This document shows, in pieces, positions 1-11,347 of a stretch of 64,000 bases of DNA. Under the pieces are notes generated by a model. The model did not search any database. It was not told the DNA's origin and saw only the letters and a list, made by a program, of their open reading frames with translations. Numbering within the stretch: the stretch's first letter is position 1; every line of letters starts with the position of its first letter. The position numbers and the translations under genes were made by a program. The stretch covers positions 4,058-68,057 of the forward strand of contig CAZSQL010000003.1 of assembly GCA_964609035.1 (NCBI GenBank), in the 5' to 3' direction. The stretch is from an uncultured Candidatus Peribacteria bacterium. GTDB taxonomy: Bacteria > Patescibacteriota > Gracilibacteria > Absconditabacterales > Absconditicoccaceae.

Positions 1-739
1 TATTGCGCAAAATATAATCTGAAGTTTGTTCATCGTCATTTGTATGATCATCAAGAACATGCAGTAAAAAATATGTGGTTCATCCTTTTATTCTATTTAT
101 ACGCTCTATACAATGATTGTTATAGGAATTTTTTCATTTATATAAAGAATCTGAATCAAAATTGTCTATAATCTTAAATCAACTATTCAACGCATCATCA
201 ATAAATTGATCACAGTCATAAAACCAATTTCATAAAGTATCTGTTATTTTTGGTTTTACTATAAACGGCTGAAGTCAGAATATTTTTGCAATATCAATAT
301 ATATATGAAATAATTTTTTATGTAATAATACTCCCATATGAGAATCAATATGAGATACTTCAATTCAAGCATTTTTTGCAATTAATATCTGATTTATTAA
401 TTCTTTCTTAATTTCTTCATGTTTTGATTTGTATAATATATCATCAATATTTGATAAAAAATATCAATCTTTATCAATTAAGGAAGAAACTTCTTCTTTT
501 GGTAAAGTTGGTTTCCGCTTCAATGTTTCTAATAATCGTTCTGATGTTAATGTAAGATGTACTCAAATATCATATTTATTAAAAGCATCTTTTTTCATTC
601 TTATATCTTCGAATCATTGTCATGGCACAATAATACTTCCAGAAGTTGCCCTTCATTTTTGCAAAAGATTCAATGCCGATCTATTAGCACTTTTAGATAT
701 CCCAATATCATCTATATGTAATATAACCTCTTTTCTCAA
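1..739 (-). CDS. YdjC/ChbG-family carbohydrate deacetylase (C-terminus cut by window edge)
   Basis: Table-25 translation from TTG at 739: LRKEVILHIDDIGISKSANRSALNLLQKG...VGVHLTLTSE...SHIDSHMGV. Many in-frame TGA read as Gly. An in-frame TAA lies just upstream of the TTG. Confidence 0.6.
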
Positions 740-762
740 AATATATTAATAAATTATAAATT

Positions 763-1614
763 TTATTTTTGTGTTATTTGATTGTAATACATTTTATATT
801 TTTCTAAAAAATCATCATTACCCCATAAATTTAATAATTTTTTCATACAACTTGGTCTGTAATTTGAATCTACTCAATTAAAATGTATTATTGAGGCATC
901 TTTTATTAATTCTATATTTTCTTCTTTCATTAATATACGATGTTGAAAATTATATTTAAATTCTTTCTGTATTGGTATATTATTTTTGTATGCCCAAATA
1001 TTTAATATTGATTGATCAGCCCATTTAATATATTCTTTATATGATGATAGTAAGTATATTAAATAATCATAATTTAATTGGGTTCTATATTTTTTTGGTA
1101 ATAAAAATATTCATGCATTACTTGCTTCTCAGTTAATAAGAATTTTATCCTCCTCAAGTTTTTTGATTAGATTCTCATCATGATGATTCTTGAAAATCTT
1201 ATCATCTCATTGATAGGCTTCTTGTACAGTATAAAATTCATCAAAATTCATTAAGTTATCTAAATTATTCATAACTAAAGTATCTGCATCTAAATGCAAT
1301 ATATTATTATATTCTTTAAATACATCAGAAGTTCGCATAAGAAATCTAGCATAAAATACTCTAGGATCTATTTTCTTTGAAAGATGTCACATTATTGGTC
1401 AAACATTGTCTTTATTTAAATTATTTTCTATAATTCTTATTTTCTCTGAAATTCACAATAAATCTTGTATTTGTTTTTTAGTGAGGTCTGTGTGACATAT
1501 TATTATATCTGAATGTTCTGGATAGTTTTTTAAAATACTAAAAAGAGATATTTTGATCGTATCAAAAAAAGATTGATTCGTAGACATAAATATACAATTA
1601 TTGTTATTCTCCAT
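763..1614 (-). CDS. Glycosyltransferase family 8
   Basis: 852 nt, ATG to TAA. Motifs LHLDADTLV (DxD), NAGIFLL, ADQSILNIW. Start overlaps the stop of the upstream GT2 by 11 nt. Confidence 0.7.
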
Positions 1615-2479
1615 TTGGATTTGATATTTTTATAGGATAATTTCAATATTTATTCTGAATTTTATTAATTATATTTTTTTTAATATTATTATCTATTATT
1701 ATACAGTTGTGATAACTAATATATTTATTCTCTATATCTTTTTCTATCAAACGTATTTCAACCTTATTTTTTATATTTCGTTTTCATAAAAAATTTTTCA
1801 AACACTTATCAGCCTTTTCTCAACCATGATACTTTTCATATAAATAATGATCAACACAAATAGAAGGATCATAAATTATTTTTTTTCATTTATCTTTTAA
1901 ATTCAAAAAAAAATCATCATGTTCTCTAGCATATTTCAGATTATTGTCCCATCATCAGATTTTTTTTATATCATCAGTTTTTCATACAAAAAAATTAAAT
2001 ATGGTTTCATAATTATCAGATAGTGGATTTTTCTTATCCACAAAATGGAATAATATATTATCGATTATTTCATAATATCCATGAAAATAATATTTCTCAT
2101 GTCCAATATTATTTACATTTCATCACGACAAAACAATATCATCATTATATATAATATTATCTGCTAATTTTATTATATCAGTTTTAGGTGTACATATATA
2201 ATCATCATCTAATAAAATCACTAAATCAGTTTTTACATTTTTTATAGCTATATTCCTGTTCTTAGATATTCAAGAATCTCAATTAGTTAAAATATGAACA
2301 ATATCATTTCTAATTTTAGGATTTCTAGATGAGTCTGCAACAATTATTTCTAATTTTGGATAGTATTCACGAAATGAGGTTATCATTTTATTTAATGATA
2401 AACTCCTTTCATGTGTAGCCACTATAGCAGTAATGTCTGAAGTATCCATATTATCTCTATTAAAAAGATTTAAATTCAT
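1604..2479 (-). CDS. Glycosyltransferase family 2
   Basis: Translated codon by codon, 291 aa, no TAA/TAG. ITAIVATHERSLSLNKMITSF...IIVADSS...VILLDDD. Extends ORF-track fragment 2279..2479 through TGA codons. Confidence 0.7.
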
Positions 2480-2506
2480 ATATAAAAATTATTATACATT
2501 AAAAAA

Positions 2507-3415
2507 TTAGTATGCAAATTCATAAGGCAACAAATCAGCTCCTGCATTTGCTATTAATGTATTTTGTGAATCCTCAAACCATTTCTTTAATCTAAAATTA
2601 ACCTTTACCTCAAAATCATTTTTTACTTCTTCATAATATTCTAATCATAAAGATATATATTGATATGCTTTAATTGAATTTCAAATTGATTGATTTATAC
2701 AAGCCAATATCATTATAGAATTTAATATTTCCACTGGAAATCTAATATTTCTATATTTTAAAACATATTCAAAATACTCCAAAGATTTTTTTATATCATT
2801 ATTTTTAAAATAAAAATAACCAATAAATCGATAAAATCTTAAACATCAAGGATTCTCTTTGATTCAATTTTCTAGCTGTTCTATATATTTTGATCTATAT
2901 TTCTTATTTTCTGGATAATGGTGTAGCTCTATTCAGTTTAATCGATCTCATTTTCATCAATTATCTCTTATGTATATCTGAGGACAAGCATGTACAGAAA
3001 ATAAAAATCTAACATAATTTTTGTTTATTAAACACATTTTATAATCTTCAAATGGTTCTTTATATCTATGATCAATCCATTTAATAAAATATCACGATAC
3101 TCAATCCACATTCTCCATTTTTTTTATTTTTTTAATATCTTCTCTAGAGATATTTTCATCTCAATCTAAAATTAAAACCATTTCACAAGAATTGTTTTCT
3201 ATTGATAAATTTCTAACATCTATCAACCTTTTATCTTTATGTTGTATATCATATTTTTTTGCTTTTATTCAAAAATCACTTAATATCTTAATAGAATTAT
3301 CTGTAGATCATGTATCAAAAATAACAATATCATCAAACAAGTCATATATATTTCATAAATTTTTTTTAATATTATTCTCTTCATTTTTAATGATCATACT
3401 TAGTCATAATTTCAT
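2507..3415 (-). CDS. Glycosyltransferase family 2 with TPR-like C-terminal region
   Basis: 909 nt. LSMIIKNEENNIKKNL...DIVIFDTGSTDNS...MVLILDGDE. C-terminal helical-repeat region. Confidence 0.65.
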
Positions 3416-3443
3416 TTATATTTTAATAAAAGAAATAAAGAAA

Positions 3444-5057
3444 CTATTTTTCGCTTAATGTTCATCATTCAAAAAAAATCTTTTTATTAAATTTGATTTC
3501 ATTAATAAAACTTTTATCATGTGATACAACTATAACCATTCAATTAAAGTTATTTATAGCAGATCTTAATGCTTCTTTGATATCTACATCAACATGATTT
3601 GTTGGTTCATCAAACAATAAACAATTATCTTTCTTCAATGAAATTAAAGCAAACGTTAATCTTAATTTCATTCCCGGACTTAATAATTCAATATTTTTTT
3701 TCTTATCTTCATCTTGAAATCACATAGCTCAAAGTACTGAATGAACATCTGTTAATGAATAATTATTCTTCTCAATTAAAAAATCTATAGCTGATATACC
3801 TGATGGTAAATTATCTTGTTCTTGAGAAAAATATCATATTTTAAAAGACTTATTAATATTTATATATCAATTTGTAGGATTTAAATCTCATTTAATTAAC
3901 TTTAAGAAAGTACTTTTACCACTTCAATTCTCTCAATATATAATGATTTTATCTTTAGATGAGAAATTTATATTTTTTATATTTAATTCAAAATCATCAT
4001 TATCTTCATATTTAAATTTAACTGAATTCACATCTATTCATCAGACTATTTCTTCAGAAGGATTAAACATTATTTGTGTAGGCTTTTTTATTTTAGGTTT
4101 TTCTATTTGTTCCATTCTATCTATTCTATTTTGCATATTTTTTGCACTTTTAGCAAGTTTCTTTTCTACTTTTGATGCTCAATCTCACTTATCATTATCT
4201 CTCAAATTTCACTTATTACCTATACTCTGTGCTTTTTGTTTTAATTCTTGAGTAACTTTTTTTATACGAAGCTCTTCTTCTTGTTGTCTTTCATAAGCTT
4301 CAATATTCTTTTCATACTCCATTTTTTTTTGTCTTTCATAAAAATCATAATTTCAAGAATACTGAATTATTTTATTATTATTTATTTCAAATATTTTTTT
4401 TGTAACATTATTAAGAAATTCTTTATCATGTGAGACTATAAGACAAGATGTTAGAGATTCTTTAAGAAGTGTCGTCAATCACTCTATAGAAGAAGTATCA
4501 AGATCATTAGTTGGTTCATCTAACAATAACAAATCTCATCATTTAAGTAATGTTGAAGATAATAATAATTTTCTTTTTTCTCATCAACTTAATTGTTTTA
4601 CATTTGTATTAAGCGAATATTTTCATAATCATAGTTGATTCAATATTTTTTCAGATTTATATTCAAAATCATATCATCACAATCTATCAAAAACATCGTA
4701 TACTTCTGTATATTCTTCCATTTTTTTTTGATCTTCAAGTTGCGTAATTAGATCATCAATTTTATTTTCTAATTCACCAATGCCCGTATAATTTTTCATA
4801 AATTCTAAAATAGAACATTCTATATTTTCTATAGACATTTGTTGTTTCATATATCATATTAATGGTGTTTTTGAAGAATAGACAACAGATCACTCATATT
4901 CATCATCCTCTCAAGACAATATCTTAAATAATGTTGTTTTCCCTACTCCATTTATTCAAACTAATCATGCATTAATATTGTCACCAAGATTTAATTCTGC
5001 ATCTTCAAAAATTGTATTAGATCAAAAAGATTTTTTAAGTTTCTCTACTTTTAACAT
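3444..5057 (-). CDS. ABC-F family ATPase (two ABC domains)
   Basis: 1614 nt. Walker A GINGVGKTT and GENGSGKST (Gly encoded by TGA), signatures LSGGEKRK and LSPGMKLR, Walker B LLLLDEPTNDLD and LLFDEPTNHVD. Confidence 0.8.
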
Positions 5058-5197
5058 AATACCTAACATTAAATATATAAATTATAACAATTTTAAATAA
5101 TACTATACATAAATATACACAAAAATCAATTTAAAATTGTTTTTTTTTAAAATAAGTAAATATTATTTTAACTAAACCCTATTTAAAGTATAAATCC

Positions 5198-5839
5198 TTA
5201 ATCATAAAATTCTGTGAATAATTTGATATGATCTTTTAAGTATTCAGGATGCCATTGAACACAAAGTATTGTTCATTCTTTATTTTCTATAGCTTCTATA
5301 AATCATTTATCATTATGTGCAGATATATAAAGTCATTTTCAAACTCTTTTTACACATTGACTATGTATTGAGTTTATCTTTAATGATTCTTTTTTGTATA
5401 TTTTAAATAATTTAGATTCTTTATTAATACTTACATTCTCAACATAATCAAAACTATATTTAACATCTGGTATATTTTGTATCAAAGAACCTCACAATGA
5501 AACATTTATGAGTTGCATTCATTTACATATTCACAACATAGGTTTTTTATATTTTATTATTTTTTTAATAACAGCTATAATAGATTTATCACTATTTAAA
5601 TTTGTTGAATTTTTTCATTTATACTGTTCTCAATACAATGTTGAATTAACATCTGAATCTCATCAAGGTATTAAAAATCAATCTAATTTTAAAATATAAT
5701 CATCAATATTTCTAGAAATAGATGGAATCAAATAACATAAAAACTTATTGTTTTCTTCAAGAGCTTTTATATAAGATAATGGCAATTGATCCAAAACATT
5801 ATCTTGATTATAACCAACTATAATTCATATTTTTTTCAT
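5198..5839 (-). CDS. Class I glutamine amidotransferase / gamma-glutamyl hydrolase-like (peptidase C26)
   Basis: 642 nt. PGGDSDV, nucleophile elbow GICKGMQLIN, VQWHPE near the C-terminus. Confidence 0.7.
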
Positions 5840-5990
5840 AATTAAACTTACAATAAAATGTTTTTTATAAAATTATTGTATATAACTTATATTATAATTC
5901 AATTAAAATAATCTATATATTAAATTTAAACTAATATAATTAGCGAAAGCTTAATCTAATAATTATTTTATCTTTTTTTAATTTAATTTA

Positions 5991-6188
5991 GGGGCTTCTT
6001 CATCTTTAAAAATAAGAAAAATCCAAATTGGGATACATATCCTCACCCCGCAATTCTGCGGGGTTCAGTCATCTAACAGCCACTATCCGACATCTTCGTT
6101 ACACTCAGACATCGGACCATCGGCAAACGTTATACGTCATAGTCCCATCTATAAAAAAAACATAAAGAGACAGGAAGAGCTCTTTTTT
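5991..6188 (+). ncRNA. Candidate structured RNA / repeat element, family member A
   Basis: 5' GCUuCUUC pairs with 3' GAAGAGC. Internal TAAC..GCC..GGC-AAAC-GTTA helix covaries with members B and D. Carries the CCCCGCAATTCTGCGGGG hairpin (6046-6063). Ends in the palindrome AAGAGCTCTT plus a T-run. Confidence 0.35.
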
Positions 6189-6196
6189 ATTTTAAC

Positions 6197-6547
6197 TTAA
6201 TTTTTTTTAGAAAATGACTTCTCTCGCCCGACTAACTGCTTACTAATAGACTCAATCATCTGATTGATAACAACAAAATCTTTCAAATCAATTTCTCTCA
6301 AATCCTTGCACAATCTTATCAACAATCTCACTACTTCGATATATCCTCTCGCCTGTTCTAGATAATTCTGTTTTTCTATGTGTGAATTAGCACGATAGAT
6401 AGCAATAATCAAGTCAATAGCTTCTTTCTTGATCGTTTCTCACAGCGTGTATTTGTAATCTCTTTTGAAATTACGTACGACCAAAAATAACTTTTGCAAC
6501 AAATCGTAGGAAACTTTGTAAACAGGTAAATTATCGTATATTGCCAT
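6197..6547 (-). CDS. avd: DGR accessory variability determinant (Avd; four-helix-bundle / 23S rRNA IVS protein family)
   Basis: MAIYDNLPVYKVSYDLLQKLF...IAIYRANS...VRLLIRLCKDL. Start overlaps the RT 3' end by 17 nt. Joins ORF-track pieces 6440..6673 and 6197..6412 through a TGA. Confidence 0.75.
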
Positions 6548-7748
6548 GGCAATATCATTGAGGATAAAGATTTTTAATTTCAGAAGATTTGAGTTTTCTG
6601 ATATTGGGAATGGCTTTTGCATATGATTTTGTGAAATGGAATTGTGACCAAAACTTATTGGAGAATTTATCAATCACTTTCTTTCTGATGTTGTACGTTC
6701 TATAATGATTGAGAATTCATAGGTAGGAATTAACTATCGATTGCGTAAGCTCTTTATCAAAATTTTTGCTTTTATTCACTTCCTGCACTTTTTTGTAAAA
6801 ATTCCCAATCGTTCTTTTGCGTATATAGGTACGATACGGCTTGATATATGCTCAAAGAAATTGTGCTCACTTGGTATAATGTTGAAAATAGATTTTCTTG
6901 GGATGAAGCGTAAGATGTAATTTTTTAGTCAGAAAATCTCTAATTTTGGAAATCGCAGAAAGTAATTTTTCCTTGTCAGTATCGATGATAACAAAATCAT
7001 CTACATATCTGCCATAATACGAAAATCCTAGTTCATACTTAATATATTTATCCAAACTATCCAAGTAAATATTGGCAAATAACTGACTTGTTAAATTTCA
7101 AATTGCAAGTCCTGTGTCCTTCGGAGAGTGAAACAGACTTTTGTCGTTTGGTAATCAATTTCAGTCAGATTTGGATCATTTGATAATGCAATTCTGAGTA
7201 GAATCATGAAATATGACCTGACGAATAAGTTTGATGAGAAAATCGTAATCAATAGTCAATCTTTCCCTTTTTTCGAACAAAAATGTTTCAATTTTTTCAA
7301 ACAATATCTGTTTGTCAATGTGCATAAAAAATCACTTGATATCGAGCTTGAGAATATAAACATCGCGACTATAATTTTGCGAGCAAGAACGAAGAAAATG
7401 TTCTACTCTTTTGATGCCAAAATGTGTTCACTTTTCTAATCTGCAGCTATAACTATCATAGATAAAATGACGATCAAATAGTTCGTAAATATAATTGTAA
7501 ATCAAGTGATGAATTATTCTATCACGAAAATCCGCGGCGAAAACTTCCCTTTGGACGGGATCTTTGATGATAAAGCAGATACTGGGACTGATAGCATAAG
7601 TTTCGTTCACTAAATCATTTCGCAATTCAATAATTTTTGATTCATAATTCATTTCAAAAGCAACAGCAGAATTTGTATTTCTTTTATGCTGACGAGTATC
7701 GTAGTATGCTTGGAATAAATCATAAAGTAGCTTGTCTGTATCTAACAT
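6531..7748 (-). CDS. Diversity-generating retroelement reverse transcriptase
   Basis: 405 aa joined from three ORF-track pieces in one frame. DGR-specific motif LAIGNLTSQLFANIYL (Gly is TGA) and catalytic YGRYVDDFVII. Confidence 0.9.
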
Positions 7749-7767
7749 TTTTCATAATCATATAAAA

Positions 7768-7806
7768 GCTGACCGAACCCCGCAGAATTGCGGAGAAATG
7801 ATCAGC
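7768..7806 (-). promoter_or_regulatory. Stem-loop in the TR-to-RT spacer of the DGR RNA
   Basis: Outer stem GCTGACC/GATCAGC (with a G-T pair) encloses CCGCAGAATTGCGG (7778-7793). Lies between the TR end (7814) and the RT start (7748). Confidence 0.5.
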
Positions 7807-7813
7807 TTATTCC

Positions 7814-7977
7814 AGTTCTTGAGCAGACGACCGCTGAAACCATAATTTCTATTATTATTGTTTCGATTCCATTTATTCTGATTGAAGTTTGCATTGTTTC
7901 CACCAGCCAACCAAACGTTGGATCGTTCTCCGATATTGTTGAATTTATTATTATTCGGATTCCAGTAGCCCGCAAGG
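7814..7977 (-). repeat. DGR template repeat (TR)
   Basis: 164 nt, aligns gap-free with 8241..8404. 20 mismatches, 18 of them at TR adenines on the coding strand. Rich in AAT/AAC codons. The 3' 28 nt (GGTTTCAGCGGTCGTCTGCTCAAGAACT) is identical to VR. Confidence 0.85.
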
Positions 7978-8133
7978 AATAAAGATAGCCACTAACTTTG
8001 TCATACTATCCTAGCGAATAATATGATCTTTTACTACCATACAGTTTTATATGGTGGGCTATTGAACTAGACATACACGCTCCTTGTTCCCGTAAGAACA
8101 AAGACTCTGGCAAAAAATCTTATAGAGAAAAAT

Positions 8134-8158
8134 GGACAAAATGCAAAGCATTTTGTCC
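8134..8158 (-). terminator. Hairpin terminator downstream of the DGR target gene
   Basis: Perfect 11-bp stem GGACAAAATGC-AAA-GCATTTTGTCC, followed on the minus strand by ATTTTT. Confidence 0.5.
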
Positions 8159-8223
8159 ACCGATATTTTGTTGAATTAGATTTTTTGCTTGAAATAGTCA
8201 ACATAGACAAATAGTCGGATGTT

Positions 8224-8236
8224 TCGGCTACGCCGA
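8224..8236 (-). promoter_or_regulatory. Short GC hairpin immediately 3' of VR (candidate DGR target-recognition hairpin)
   Basis: TCGGC-TAC-GCCGA begins 3 nt past the target stop codon and VR end. Position matches the hairpin/cruciform described downstream of VRs. Confidence 0.45.
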
Positions 8237-8238
8237 GT

Positions 8239-8997
8239 CTAGTTCTTGAGCAGACGACCGCTGAAACCATAATTCCTGTTAAAATTGTATCAACTCCATT
8301 CATACTGATCGAAGTCTGCACCGTCCCCACCAGCCAACCAAACGTGGGATCGTTCTCCGATATTGCTGAAAATATCATTATTCGGATTCCAGTAGCCCGC
8401 AAGGTGACCCTTGACTTCTTTATTAAAGAATTTCTTGTATTCGTCAGAACGATCTGGTTTATCTTTCATTTTCTCTTTAAGTTCATCAACCGTCATCAGA
8501 TATTTCTGTTCAACTTCTTCCTTGCTGCAATTCTTAGCTTTCATCACTTCTCTGATAAATGCATCATAAGTAATGAATATTTGTTCTCATTTTGCTGGTC
8601 ATTCAAGATATTCTACCACGTCTCACGTAGCATTTACTTTTACTTTCATCTCTCCTTTATTATAAACATTCCTTTTTTCTTCTTTCCATCCTTTGCTATC
8701 GATTTTGAACGTATCTTCCTCGAATTCTAATGATTTAGTAAGTGTTTCTTTGGATTCTTTTTTGCTAGAAACTTTCTTTTTAAGTTCATCGCCTCCATGA
8801 AGCATATTGTAGGCTTCTTCAAAAGAAACGCCCATTTTTTCAGCGACTTTTTTGATAAGTGCTATATCTTCTTTACGAATTTTTATTGTCTGTTGAAATC
8901 ATTCTGTTTGTTTTCGTCCATCTCTAGTTTGCTTAATAGTTTCTTGTGTCTTTTTCTTTTTTTGAGAAACATATTCTGCAACTTCATCATCAGACAT
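8239..8997 (-). CDS. DGR target (variable) protein, C-type-lectin/FISUMP-like C-terminus carrying VR
   Basis: 252 aa, ATG 8997 to TAG 8239. C-terminus ...LAGYWNPNNDIFSNIGE(CGA)SHVWLAGGDGADFDQYEWSGYNFNRNYGFSGRLLKN. Three ORF-track fragments in one frame joined by TGA. Confidence 0.8.
8241..8404 (-). repeat. DGR variable repeat (VR)
   Basis: Last 164 nt of the target CDS. Counterpart of TR 7814..7977 with adenine-specific differences. Confidence 0.85.
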
Positions 8998-9342
8998 AAC
9001 TTCTGCAAGTTTCTTTTGCTGTTCTTAAGTAATAGCACCTTGTTTCTTAATATTCTTGAGTATCGCTCAATTTTCTCTGATAATGTCTTGTGTTTTTTTG
9101 ATTTGATTGTTCATAGGAATAAAAGTAATGAAGTAAAGTTATGTAGTAATTATAATCAGAATTTTTTATTTTGCAAATTTTTGAAAGAGAAAATTTTACT
9201 GGTAAAATCTATCTGTTTTAGTTAGGTTTTAACACTTGAATCTTTTAAAGATTTTCAATAATTTACACTTGATTCTATTTTGCGAATTCTTATATTTTTA
9301 TCGGAAAAGACAAACTAAATATTTACGTATAATCGCTAATAA

Positions 9343-9936
9343 ATGGCTAATTTAAAAGACAAATTACTTAACTTAAACAAAGAAATACTAAAAAAAGATT
9401 TTTTAGAGAAATTAGTAAAGAGATTTTGATATACCTACGAAATGGACGATTTATCCAATCTGGGGTATATCTCCGTGATAAAAAATGGTAAACGATATTA
9501 TAATAATCAGATCAAAACCATCAAAAATCCGTATATCATCTGAGCTGCGTATATGGACTTCAAAGACTATATGTTCTGATGACCAAATTTCTTCAATAGA
9601 TACGGCTTTACGACTCAAGTTTCCAATATTTTCACCGTATATAATCTTCATTATTCCAAAGAGATCGAAATACTCGGAATCAAATATAATTTCAAGAAAG
9701 TAAAAAAAGAGTTTCTCTATGGGAAAGACACAAAAATGATCAATTATCACAATCTGTATTTTATGAATAAAGAAAGATGCTTTCTTGAATTTGTAAGGAC
9801 ATATAGCTCGTATGACGATACATTCTTCATAGATAGCTATAAGCTTTTAGATAAAGAGAATTTAGCCAAAATGATAAAAAAGTATCCTATCAAATCCGTT
9901 TTAGATAAAGTAAAAAATATAGAAAAATGTATATAA
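9343..9936 (+). CDS. AbiEi-like antitoxin / transcriptional regulator
   Basis: 197 aa. ...LSNLGYISVIKNGK.YY... resembles the AbiEi wHTH region. Stop overlaps the start of the downstream AbiEii gene by 10 nt. Confidence 0.55.
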
Positions 9937-10784
9937 ACAATATCAAAAAGTTTATTTGAGTAGATTTTGATTATTCCAAAAAAGATTTTCTTGAAATATT
10001 GGAATTATCCAATAGTTATGGATTCGACGCATATAAACTCGAAAAAGACTTTCTTCTGACGGTTATCTTGATTTTCATCTGAAGAAATTATAAGGAACTG
10101 ATTTTCAAAGGATGAACTTGTCTCAACAAAATTTATCTTGATTATTTCAGATTGAGCGAAGATTTAGATTTTGTAGTGATCAATACATGAAATAGAACAG
10201 AAAGAAAAGCGATATTAGAAGACTACAAACAGAGATTGACCAAAGATTTGGCTACACTCGGACTGGAAATCACCGATCAAAGAACGAAATATAACGAAGA
10301 TAGACAATGAATCTTCAATTTTTCGTATATTTCGCTCATAGACAATTCCCCACAAAATATTCAGATAGATATCACCATGAAAGAAAGATTAGAAATTGAG
10401 CCTGTAAGCAAACACATAAAATCGATTTTTATCAGCAAGACTATGGAAGAAAGCATTTTCATTGAAAACACAATAACCTGTATGGAATTTGATGAAATAG
10501 TTGCAGAAAAGACAAGAGCGAGTCTTACAAGAATACAACCGGCAATTAGGGATTTTTTTGATGTCTGGTATATCAAGAATTTTGCAAAATTCGACTTTGA
10601 AAGAATTATGGATTTGATAGAGACAAAACTGGAAGAATCGAATCATGAATATACTATTAATGAAAGCTTCGATTTGCTCGAAAAACAGATTGAAACAGAT
10701 TTGAAGCCCGTATTGAAAAAGAATTTCGAATTTGACCTGAAAGAGATATTCGAATTCATCAAACAACTGAAAACAAAAAAATAA
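9927..10784 (+). CDS. AbiEii/AbiGii-family nucleotidyltransferase toxin (DUF1814)
   Basis: 285 aa. LEKDFLLTVILIFI...LIFKGGTCLNKIYLDYFRLSEDLDFV is the family hallmark. Extends ORF-track 10377..10784 upstream through TGA codons. Confidence 0.8.
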
Positions 10785-10845
10785 TGAGCTGAATGTGAGC
10801 CACAAATGAGCCAAATAAATTTTAACTTTTTTTTAATTTAATTTA

Positions 10846-11037
10846 GAAGAGCCCTTCCTTTTAGTGATTGTGGGTTTAATTACGGACTACGAACCTACAA
10901 CACGCACTATCCGATATCCCCGACCTAATGGACTTCAACGGTTCGTCGGAGCATCGGACTAGTGCGAAACGTTGTCTGTCATATCCCTATAAGCAACTAA
11001 GTCCTTTCAGAAAGAAATTTAGAGGGGATTTTTTTTA
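10846..11037 (+). ncRNA. Candidate structured RNA / repeat element, family member B
   Basis: Closing pairing CCCTTC/GAGGGG. Nested helices ACAAC/GTTGT, CGCAC/GTGCG, TCCGAT/ATCGGA, CCGAC/GTCGG with a conserved unpaired AAAC. Ends GGGGA plus T8. Flanked on both sides by TTTTTTTTAATTTAATTT. Confidence 0.4.
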
Positions 11038-11176
11038 ATTTAATTTTTTTAGAAAAAGAAAACCCGCCACCACGAAGGTAAACGGGAAATGCTTTTTTAA
11101 CAACTCGAAATGAAAAATGTTTAAGTTATCACTATTTTTCTAAAGCATAACTAATTAAGATTCATTGTAACTAATG

Positions 11177-11201
11177 AAGCTCGGATGTGCCGAGCTTTTT
11201 C
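11177..11201 (+). terminator. Rho-independent terminator
   Basis: AAGCTCGG-ATGTG-CCGAGCTT followed by TTTC. Closes a roughly 150-nt unit that starts after the third TTAATTTAATTT..TAG motif. Confidence 0.6.
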
Positions 11202-11347
11202 TAATTATTAAAATATATATCATAATAAGTGCTTATTTCATTAATTAAGTATTTCTATTTAAAATAAGAAAAAATATAAAATACCGTATTATCCTAAAAA
11301 CAATACAAAAAATTTAAAGCAATTATACCAATACAATTAAGTCTAAT

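Noticed and set aside
10846-11037. Hammerhead-type ribozyme in the structured elements (CGAAAC followed by GTC in member B).
   Set aside because: No CUGANGA box is present. Members A and D have CAAAC instead of GAAAC, so the hammerhead core is not conserved.
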